A DNA stretch of 64,000 bases, taken from NCBI RefSeq assembly GCF_026571515.1, contig NW_026858977.1:124001-188000 (forward strand). Direction: 5' to 3'. The notes beneath the pieces are model-generated. The model saw nothing but the letters and a program-made list of their open reading frames with translations. It searched no databases and had not been told where the DNA came from. The first letter of the stretch is position 1; the number at the start of each line of letters is the position of its first letter. A program made the position numbers and the translations under genes. Source of the DNA: Ruditapes philippinarum (lineage: Eukaryota). This document shows, in pieces, positions 52,539-64,000 of the stretch.

Positions 52539-55500
52539 TTAGTATCTACGTCCAGGACCCCAGGCTTTGTTGCTGTTAGGTGCCACGGCATTACCGCTAC
52601 CGGCTCCAGGAAAACTTGGGAACTCCGACGTGCTGCTGGTGTCAGGGGCGGAGTCCCATGGTGCATTCTTGATGACAAAACCACGATCGTTTGTCTTTGG
52701 TTCATCGCTTCGTTTACTAGGAGCCTGTGTTAAACTCTGAATGTATTCGTTATCTAACATATCCTGAAGCTGAAGAAAAAGGTACACACCATAAATATAG
52801 GATATATAATGTATTAAAACATAATGAATGTTCAGTGTTGTAATAAAGTACATATTGAGTTTACCAGACTAGTAATAATAGTATCCCTTTATTGAAGATA
52901 GATATATATATCACAACGTTATATCATAAATTTAAACCTTAAAATATATACTGTATTAAAATACAACAACGATATACATACAACTGCCAATATCAGAATT
53001 TTAAAACAAAATGCCCGCAAGTGTCTGAAATAATGTATGAACGGGCATCCATGTTTTTTCTCAACCGGTAAAGCTAGGAAAATGGGGCATGACCATTACA
53101 GAGTCAGTGTGAGTAAAAATCCAACCAAATAAACATAACATATTTACCAGCCAATAAAAATTTATGAAATTTTGAACATACAAAGTCACTTACAAATTCT
53201 TCCTCCATGTTCAGCAAGTAATCTTTACAGTCATAAACATCATCTTCACCGCCACTAATTACAATGATATCTGGGTTTTCATTAGGACGTGGGAAGCGCA
53301 GGTCAACTTTGTAGTCCTCCTGTATCTTTCTGACACCACGCCCTCGCTGACCAATGATACGTGGGTGTATACGATGATCTACTTTAACTTCAATATGTAC
53401 CATATCATCCTGTAACAAAAGAACATAATTCCTTTCAAACTAATTCTTTTACTTAACAATTCTACAGTCTTACAATATATCAAGTGGTGAGATCCAGCTT
53501 TGATAATTGAAGATTACATAGGGGTGTATCTTCAGGCATTATTTAAGGGAACACAAGGCATACTTATAAAACCATCAACCTTTCTGAGAGCTACCTTGAT
53601 CCACATAAAAGAATTCCATATAAAATGCCAATATAAATCATTAATTTCTTATGATTTTGGCCTGCAATTGCTGTAGCTTGAAAGATATTAATATGCACAA
53701 TTTGCCAGAAGTTAAATATATAATACCCTCTTCCAATAAATACATTTGAAATTCCTATTTTTCTGAAGGTTCTAATTTTTGGGACAGTATCAATTTAAAC
53801 CCTGGCAATGGTCAACGTAAATGTATATAGGAACTCTTGAACTGATTTGGACAACATTAGATTTGTTATATTTTTTTTTCTAGTTTCTGTAAACTTAACT
53901 TTTAAGACAATATCAATTATAAAATAGACAAAACATCAATGTACCATGTATAATGGAACTTACATAATCTTTAACCATGCGTAGAATTTCATCTCTGGCC
54001 TCCTCACAGTTCTTCTCGTACCCGATGATTGTAATCATACTTTGATCCTCGTTATTTCTGTCAGGTAGTTGAATCTTCACATCGTGCTCAGACCGGATCT
54101 TGTTGATAACCTCGCCACGATGACCAATCAGTTTAGGATGGTACGAAGGGTTCACCTCTAGGGTCAACTTGTGGCTCTTCAGTAAGCGGTCCTCTTTCTC
54201 TAGCTCCAAAGCTTTCACTTTATCTGCCAGAGCATCCTCGGCTCTCTGGACGTTGGCTGGTGGTCCTGTGACCTTGATGAGATCACTGTGTTGGTCCTGC
54301 GGGGGAATGGAAATATTCACGTTGTACTCGTCCATAAGCTTGCGAACATCTTTTCCCTTCTGACCAATGATATAACGGTGGAAGTCAAATGGAACATTAA
54401 CCTCTTTAGAGATTGGTACAAGATCCTGAAAAATTAAATTTACAAAATAAAAATAATAATCAACATTATCACAACAAGTTAGATATGATTTTTTTGTTAA
54501 AATTTACATTCTTTTTGTCAGGAGACAATGAATGAAGAAACCTTTACTACATTTAGTATCGGATTTCACATCTACAAGAAACAACTCATAACCCGAGATG
54601 CTTTCTCTCTATGTGTTTTTTTATGATTCCTCAAAATGGAATAACAATTTGCCTAATTTACAGACTTTGAAAATGGAATATCTACTGGCTTTGTTTAAAG
54701 GTTGAATAGATTGTGATATTCAGGATTGTTAAATCCCGCAAAAAAATATACAAATAAAAGTGTATAATAAAGCTTTTTACTAACCAAGAGCGCTTTCTTT
54801 GCCTCCTCACAGTTTTCAATCTTCCCTGTGATCATGATCGTGTCTTTCTTGGCAGTTGCCGTAGGCGACGAAGGTTCCTCGCCATTTACCATGCTATCAC
54901 TGGCATCTCCAGCACCCTTGTTCCCAGCTGTATACATACATTAACATTTTGTTAATACAAGATTGATATACATTATTATAGAAACTTGTTAATATACCTG
55001 AGATTCATATGAACAAATTATTACTAATTCATTGACAATTTGTACAAATTTGTATTAATCTTAATGAAGGTTTCATGATGAATATAGTGCAACTATGTTA
55101 CAGTCAAATGATAAATTTCAGCTTCAAATTAAACATGTCACTTTGCACATTATTTCAGGTAATGGGGTGGTGTAAGGATGGTAGAACCCTTAGCTGTATA
55201 TAAGCTTGCTTGTTAGCTACTAACAAGTAGATTTCATCATAACTAACAGGTACTGAGCTTTTGATTCTTTTGTTTTGTTTGGTCTTAAAGTGCACAAACA
55301 CAATTTAGGTCATACCACGTCCACTTAGGAAATATTATTTTGGCTAATCTCTGGTGTTGCAAACTTTAAGCAATATAAGCTGTCAAAATCACCTTACCTG
55401 CTGGAGCTAAGAAATGTACAGACTCCAGTAATTCTGATGCCTCAACCCTTAAAGGCAACACCTCAGTCACTTGGGGAAGGTATTGAGCTTAAAGTAGCAT

Positions 55501-58500
55501 GTGACACCAGATTTGCAACTCTGTCATAAAAAATTCTTTACAACTCGAGAATATTCAAGAAAAAGCGAGGATATTCAAGAAAAAGAAAGAATGTTTACCT
55601 CCATTTGCCATTGGCCTGTCAGGGAATTTGATGGAGACATCGAAGTTCTGTGTAATCACTTGGACATTAGATCCCCTGGCTCCCATCACAGTTCTGTGGA
55701 ACTGTTGGGGAATCACACATTCAATGGTAACCTGTGCATCCTGCAAGCAAGGTAAAATATATCTATCACTATGGGATAATTCAGTCAACCCAAAATATAA
55801 TACAATGACATAAAATAGTCTTACCAAACAGTTGACATTAAACTTAAGAGTAATATCAGCAGAAAACAACATCATATGTTCATAATAAGGGATCATGGCC
55901 AAAATTTTACAAAAACTTTAAATTACCCAACAATTTCGAAATAAGACATAAAAACTTAATTGGATTTTTCTAAGATCTGTGAAACAATAAATAGATAAAG
56001 AGGCCATCAAAATTTAAAACAACACATCTTGTCAGAAAAAAATTAATATCAATTTTTCTGTAATGAAAATGAGAAGGCGAGATAATTCTTAAATGTTGGC
56101 TTCTTTACTTGTATAATTCCCAATTAACACATATATTAAAAAACTTACAAGATCAGCAACAATTTCTAAGATTCGCTTCTTGGCCCCTTCTACACAATCT
56201 TTGGCGCCCTTTATAACAACTCTATCACTCTTGACACCACTGCGAGGGAAACTGACGGTCACACCGCCGTAGTCGTCACCGATCTGTCTCAACACCTCAC
56301 CACGACGTGCAACAAAATGTTTGTGATGCTTGGGATCAACATTTACTTCCCCTTCAACAATGTTGTCCTGAAAATAACCACAAGAATATTGGTTAAAACA
56401 GGAAAACTAATGGATGTGTTGTCCCACCAAAAAGTAGTGAGGTTTCTACTGGTTGGTTCTTATCAACATTATTTTTGTTAAAAATTAACTTATTATAGTA
56501 AAAGAAGCTTGTATGTGCATATTTTCTTCTAATTATTATCATATGCTGATATGAGCATATTTCCATCAAAATATTATCACATCAATTCAAATATTTTCAT
56601 AAACATTGAACAAACCTTGTCAAGTGTTAAACTACTTAGTTTAACATAATTTACAATTTTAGTTCCATGTTTACTTCTTAAGTCTTTTTATTAACTGTTA
56701 AATTTCATACTCTTCAGAATCTGCAATAATAAACTTAAACATACCAAGTCTTTGATCAAGCCCAGTATCTCTGTCTTTGCATCAGCGACGCTCTCTTTGG
56801 TTCCAATAATGGTTATAAGTTCTTGGTCAGCATCGTCGCCAGTTGGGAAGATTATTCTTGCCCCTGTATTCTCACGCACCTGATGGAAATTAAAACAACC
56901 TTGGTTATGTTCTACTTTAAATTTCATTTAAGACCACTGTTAATTTACATGGATTATATAACTTACATGTACAGTGAAAGTTGAGAAAACCGGACGGCTT
57001 TCGGACTAAGGGTTTTGTCCGGTTTTCTCAGCGGTCCGGTATTCTCAATGTCCCCTTCAGCTGTTCAGGATCTTATATCATAACCGAGCAATGACTTACA
57101 AAGGATGCTGTATATTTGCATTTTCATGATTATGTGTACGTTTATTGCTAAATAAAGAAATGATAAAAATACAAGAAAATATGTTTTAATTGTTTTTGTC
57201 TCATTACTGCATATAAATACAATATTATTTTGGATTTAAATGAACAGTAGTTACCTCATAACGATCAAGTCCGAGTACATCTGCATATGTTTACATTTGG
57301 GTAATGGATATTGATTTAACGAACATAGTTAACTTTGTTTGTTTATAATAATGCCCCCCCCCCCCCCATTGTTAATATTGACGATAACATATTGGTCAGA
57401 TTTTTAAAGTAGGTCTCGGCAAAGTTTCACTGTCTTTAATTAATTTATCTTGTAGACAGCTCTCGTCGAATTCTTTTCGGCCATGGAATAGAACTTAGCG
57501 CCGATAAATGTCGTTTCCATTGCGTTGTCATTTTGGGAAATGAATATACAAAAGGCAACACAGTCGAAAAATACTCTATTTTTTATTCATACTGATTTTA
57601 ACTGATTAATTTCTCGTGCATTTTGGCATTTATATAAAACGGTAGCATCTATATCTTACAATTAATCAAACTGTGAAAAGGGACATATAAACAAATCAGA
57701 CAATCATTGTTCCGTTACTGCTCAGTTAGCGTATTAGACACAACCAATTGATAAGTACACAAGCTTATTCACACATTTGGCGTCCGGTATTGTCAGGGTA
57801 TTTGTCTATATAATTGACTGTGTTGTCCCGTATCAACTGTCCGATTTTCGGTTTTTACAGATTCAGGTATTGTCAATGTTTAATACAATAGTTTAAAGAA
57901 GGAGAAATTTGGGACTGAATAATTCGTCCGGTATTTAGAGAGTTCCGATTTTCTCAGCGTCCGGTTTTCTCAACTTTCACTGTACAAGCTATATTCCATA
58001 TCATTCCGCTTTAAAATGTAATTTAAGTCTACATAATTGCTTCACTAACAGCCTTTTCACTGCCATAACTCATATATCATAAAATGCATACAATGCTTTC
58101 AAATTTAATTCTAAAGTCACTCATGATCCTTTCTATAAAATCATCACAAATTAAGAAAGACCGCTTCAAATAATTTTCTTCTTTCAAACTACAATAAGAG
58201 AGATTTCAAGAATGTAGTTATCCTAACAACCATACAACCTTTAAATATATAAATAGTAAAATAAATAGTGCTGAGGACAGATTGTGGGAAAACAAGTCAG
58301 AAATTATCAAATATAGGCTTTCTCGTTAATCAAAATAAGTAATACAAAGATAAACAACTATTTACCTTCCTAATTTTACTGCCACCACGACCAATGAGGA
58401 ACTTGTGGTATTCAGGTTTAGCTCTAATCTCCTCAACATTGCTTGTATTTTGCTGAAATAATTCAACATTTATTATACTTAATATGTTGCTATCATATAC

Positions 58501-61500
58501 AAATAATTCTTTATAGATGAGAAAATGTGCAAACAGCCAGAATACTTGGACAGGAAATAGTGTATCATATATGCTTTCCAAGGGTCCCATGTTTGGAGTC
58601 AAGTTCAGGCCGCATACATTCCTCACTCAAAGACGAAAATAAAGGGTCTGTTTGATTAAAAGAGTAAAGTTCTCCAATATCAAAATACTTATAAATCTTT
58701 TTTTTTTTAGTGTGAATGAAATCTTCTTGATTTTTCTCAAGTTTACAGACCATATTTAATAGATTGTAAAAAATTGTTAATTTAACAGTACATTTGTACT
58801 TCAATTTCAGTCTATCACTCATAAATCAGGAGAATCCTCCAGAATATTCTGCTATCTTTCACCCTTACGCTGTTTAATTTGCAACAAACATGTGCTAAGA
58901 AGTAATCTTTATTAAGAGTTTAACAACAAAGTGTTTCAGCAAGGTAGGCGACAGTGTAGACAGGAGACACAATGTGTGGAGGTATAGACTACTCAGTGAT
59001 TTTTTTCTTCAAATTTTCAAAACAACCTGTGGCTTTCAGAAGGGGAAAATATAGCGCAATAAATCAGAAAAGGGGAAATCTGAAATCAAGATGGAATTTA
59101 CCAACACATATGATAAAATTTTCAATTTCAATTCAATTTAACATGCATGGTACATAGCAAAGGCTATATATAGGGACAGCTTTCTGATCGAAGTCAGATG
59201 CTGATAAGTCATGGTACTGGTGAAATAGTGCACAGGGCATTTCAGGGGAAAATATTAGCATTTTTTGGGGAAAATAGGAAACAGCGATTATTCGGCTGTA
59301 AAATGTAGGGAAAAAATCACTGCTACTATACCAATTATAAACACTGATAAAATCTTAAGGTAAACTTACAATCTGATTGGCCAACTCCAGCAGTTGTTTC
59401 TTGGCCTTATCAACATCATCCGCTGGTCCCCGGATTGTGACTTTGTCACTTGTACTTCCTTCAGCGGGGAACCGTATAATCACGCCGCCACATTCATCCA
59501 TGATGGAGCGAATGAGACGACCTTTAGCACCAATAATAGAGTTGTGAAGTTTGTGGGGGACTTCCACTGATAACTCCTTGATATCAGCCTGAATAACCAA
59601 AATATAATGCTGCATTTAACTTCAGAACTATTGAGTAAACACAAGTCTTTTTTTAAACTCATCTTATTTGAAAGTGATAAATATTTCTAATTTTATTCTT
59701 TATGATACATCTTGTTAGAACGTATGTTTACTTAACACCTTTACTTAAAACACATAACAAATATTGACACAGCAAATTATCAATAAGTAGATGTTAACTT
59801 AACATTTACAATGTTCAAAATGAAATAAAACCAACATAATACAAGAGTTTACTTAAAAGAATATACATGATAATTATATGCATGAACTTACTATTAACAT
59901 TTGAGTTGAGAAATTTTAAGAACAACAGTGTGTAGCTTGAATTGGCAAGAACTATAAAAACATAGAAATATTTTTTTTCCTAGAAAATGTAAATAATCTT
60001 ACCAGATCTTTTTGAATAGCTTCTATTTTCTTTTTAGCTGCCTCAACATTAGGTTTTTTGCCAGTGATGACTATCACATCAGAGTCAGATGCCTCTGTTG
60101 GTAAATCTATTCTAGTATCTGTTTCTTCACGAATCTGTAAATATTTCGGGCAAAATAAATTTCTCAAATTTTTATAGAATAACATACTTTATGTATACAA
60201 ATTTTTTTTAATATTCTATCATTAATTTATCCCAAAGGTGTCCCAGTTACCTCCATAGGTAGTCTTTTTTCATAGAAATAAAACATTTGATAATATGTAA
60301 TTTCAGTTTTTGTTTTTACCTACAAAGGAAGAGTTGCAAGTCAATATCATAAGTCTGTAATAGAAATATTTTGGTTACATTTTTGAAAAGACAAATTACT
60401 TGTTAGCGTCAAGAAAGGTTAATAATTTACAACATTTTCCTTTCATTATTTACCTAACAACTACGTAATCACCATCAGTAAAGGTAAACTTTACATGACT
60501 GGTATTTTACAAACACAACAATCTTACCTTTCTAATTGTAGCACCACCTTTTCCAATAACATTCTTATGAAAATCTTTGAAAATGTGCACCTGAGCCTGG
60601 TAATTGCTAGCTACCTGAAAATAAAGAGGACAAAATGTAATCTTTAACGTCTGCTTCTCAATTATAAAATATCAAAACCAACAATGAAAACAAGTTCATT
60701 TAATGTTTCTTTCTATTCAATGAACAGTACATTTGATGCTTTACATGTTTTATACAAAAATATTGACTGAATTTCCTGTTATTTCTACACCACATTTTTG
60801 TCATGTTGCTGCTTATGTCCCATTCAGCAAAGTCCACTGAATAAGAACTTCCAGCCATACAATCACAAGACTTTTATATAATACTCTAAAAGTCTTCAAA
60901 AATAGTCAATAAATACAAGTCTTATAATAATTATGTTTATAAAACAAGAAACCCAAACTTACTAAGTCTTGAGTAAGTTTTTGTAAATGCTGGAAACATT
61001 TATCTACATCATTCTTTGGTCCACGTAATGTGACAACATCACTCTTACGTCCTTGATCAGGGAATGTGATTTGCACTTGGTTAAATTTGTCCCGCACTGT
61101 TTTGATACCCTCTCCACGAGCTCCAATCAACATACGATGAAATCTCTGCTCGATTATTATATCTTTGGTTTTCTCATTCTCCTATTTTAATATAATAAAG
61201 ATAAGAAATTATAAAGATGAAAACTTCTGTCAAATTGTTTCTTTAATAACAGATCGAGTCATAAATAAAAGACCAGACAAAATTGTTTGATAGTCTTAAA
61301 AATACCAAGTTATCAAATATCTCAACCGTTTGTTATAATGTAATTTGAACTTCAATACAGTAAGAGGAAGTAAAAGTTAATTTTATGGTATTTCTCAGTT
61401 TTACACGACTAAAACATTTCAGTTAAATTTTGTATGTTAAAGTGAAATCAAAACTTAAGTATTTTACTTCCAATTAATAAGATCAGGTTTATTTATAAGA

Positions 61501-63789
61501 TAATCAGATGACAAAGTTTTAAGTACAATATAACTAGTATAGAAATTCTTTCGCATATAAATCAGTTTGATCTAAATATTTTTATTCCAAGAAAAAATGT
61601 CCAACTTATTTATTTAACCAATTCCAAACAACACCAGAGATAACATTTTGTCATCATTCAGAACTCTGGTATACCATTTGAAACTGCTAAGAAGGTATAA
61701 CTATATTTACCATCCTAGATGACATCTCAAGGAGCTCTTTCTTTGCCTTCTTCACGCCCTGTGGTTCCCCTTCAATTCTGATCGTGTTACTATTTTCCGA
61801 GTCTGAAGGAATTCTGATAGCAACACCGGTCTCATCTTTGATTTTAGAGATGTTCGAACCCCCCTTTCCAATAATGTGTTTGTGAAATCGTTGTTCAATC
61901 TCAATTTCCGCGAAGTCCATGCGACTTTGCTGAAATAAAAATATTAGGAATATAAAAGCTTTCTAATACATTGAAATACTCGTGTAATTTTGATAAAATA
62001 AAGGCCAGTTTATATATATGAAGAACATAGAAATAAGAGTGAGTGTGGGTTCAATATTGAATTAATTGAGCTGAATAAAATAACATTTTGCGAGCCCTTG
62101 ACAAGCATGATATTATTGTACTCAACAAATTCAATAATTTTAGTAATAAACCTACTTGAATATAATATTTTTATCAATGATGTCTTTATCACATTCAGTG
62201 TAACACCAATATTTAGCGCTCTAACATGCTATGTTTGTATAATGCAAATAATATCAGGATGCATGCAATAATGATTCAGATTGTTTTTCTTAAATGGTTT
62301 TATTACACTTGTGCGGTATTGTTAATACTATTAACAAACAGTTTATTATTCTATCTATCTTACATTACAGCAATCCTGCTCATTTCTTTAAGTAAAACAT
62401 TATTACAAATCTTCTGTAAATGATACATTAAATTTAACACACTCAATACAGGAAACTGTGTCTCTTAAATTACAACTTCCTTTTCATTCAACACCTGACC
62501 AATTATCGCCGCCTTAATAATTTTACAGATCTATCGTCACCTTTGTGCAATAACTGATTAACTGCTATTTAATTTAGAATGACTTATCCCTTTATTGCAC
62601 TAATAAGGCGCAGCATGTTTCAGGTTATATAAATGTGTATATTGTGACAATAATTCTGAGAATATTGCATGAAAACCTTAATATGAATAATGTCTTTAAA
62701 GTGGAGATAAAATATAGGACAGATTCTGACAACAACAAAACAGGAAATATAAATCTTGAAGACAATTTACTCATTTTTTTTAATTAATCACACATGACAG
62801 TTGTTAGGAAAATATCTAAAACTTACAAGGTCCTTGACGTAATCTTCAAGAGCCTTCACAGCCTGTTCAACTTCTTCAGGAGGTCCCTCTACCTGGATCT
62901 TGTCTTCTCCCTCGGTAAACTCAATATGTACCTGTTATATCAACAACAAAGCTATCAATATTACAATATAATAACATAATCATTGATGCAAGTTTAAAAT
63001 GTCAAAAAAAAACCCCACAAATAACACTGAATTTAGCAATATTTGAAATTGGTTTTTCATAGAAAAAGAGTTTTTTCATAGTATTGAAAATCTTAACTTT
63101 GGGCACATGCCTGAAAACTTTAAACAAACCTATCTATGGGCATATGGTGATGTTCCAGCTTCAATGGTGGAAATTTAATTGTGTACAAAAAGAAATGTTT
63201 ATAGCAAAAACAATTATCAACAAAATCAGACATTTAATTTCTAGCTTCAAGTATTTGACACTTACCTTGGGAAAGTTTCCAGTGATGTTTTTGACAGTTG
63301 CCCCTTTCTTGCCAATGATGTATTTGTGAAGCCAGTCGGCGGCTCGCACCACAGCAAACACAACACTGTTAGCCTACAATAAATACAGCAATATGATTAC
63401 ACAAACTTGTCACAATGAGGTACATTTATATATAATATGAAGTGTAAATGTATACCGATATAAATTAAGCAGTTATTGTATGTTAGAAAATCATTGAATG
63501 AAAATGTAAAAACTTAATTACTTTAAGGTAGTATATTTCACTCAAAATGTGACATTAAGTATATGACAAACATCATACATACCTTAGAGTAAACCATTGT
63601 TAGAGCTGGACCAAGCTTGTCTTGTTCTCCACGTAAAGTGATGGTTTCCGAGGGGTCGTCAAGGGGAGGGACTTCAACTGAAACTCCAGTAGCAGCAAGG
63701 ATTTCCTGTAGACTGTTACCACGTGGACCAATAATATACTTGTGCTGGGATTTCCTCACTTCAACAGATACCGTCTGACACTTGCGTTT
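52539..63789 (-). CDS. HDLBP: Vigilin / HDL-binding protein (multi-KH domain), 3' part; 16 exons: 63789-63583, 63373-63266, 62931-62827, 61929-61711, 61181-60963, 60614-60528, 60134-60003, 59588-59370, 58452-58366, 56879-56745, 56367-56149, 55740-55599, 54927-54785, 54425-53964, 53409-53194, 52769-52539; 5' exons lie beyond the window
   Basis: Tandem KH repeats (HKYIIGPRG, HKHIIGKGG, HNSIIGAKG, HPRIIGQRG) and vigilin C-terminus GFVIKNAPW...APDTSSTSEFPSF...WGP; all introns GT-AG with consistent phase. Confidence 0.96.
56972..57982. mobile_element. Non-autonomous Tc1/mariner (pogo/Tigger-like) element, 1011 bp, in a vigilin intron
   Basis: Perfect 25-bp TIRs CAGTGAAAGTTGAGAAAACCGGACG, TA duplications at 56970-56971 and 57983-57984, subterminal CCGGT(T/A)TT repeats. 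Confidence 0.9.
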
Positions 63790-64000
63790 CTGTGAAAAAC
63801 ATGAACAAATTCCTTTCAAGTTATATCTAATTATATATCAAATTTATTTTTTACAGAATTTATTTTAGTTTGTGCAGGAAGCCATAGGCTTAAAATAGAC
63901 ACAGGCAAACAGTACAAAACAGTGAGTGTAAAGTTTCTTGCCCAAAAAAACAATGGCTAGCCCCTAACAGGGCAAGCAGTCCTACGATTACAAGTCCAAT

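Overview
AT-rich, intron-containing animal genomic DNA, not prokaryotic. The SINE/MITE types and the HSPA12-like gene suggest a bivalve mollusc, possibly a clam (inference). In order: SPSB/gustavus (-, 1689-3812); four tandem two-exon AMP-dependent acyl-CoA synthetase genes (+, 10.9-29.5 kb) whose mosaic structure fits two unequal crossovers; three tandem three-exon genes for small secreted cysteine-rich peptides (-, 32.2-40.5 kb) that the ORF track only catches in fragments; an HSPA12-like gene (-, about 600 aa, one GC-AG intron); a 28-bp minisatellite; and the 3' 16 coding exons of vigilin/HDLBP (-). The main candidate for an undescribed system is the peptide family. Each gene has a TATA box, a signal-peptide exon, a short basic propeptide, an 8-10 Cys mature peptide with EGF-like Cys spacing, a C-terminal Gly (amidation signal) and a polyA signal. 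I do not recognise it as a known mollusc peptide family, but this needs a database search. All exon models were assembled by hand from splice sites and reading-frame continuity.
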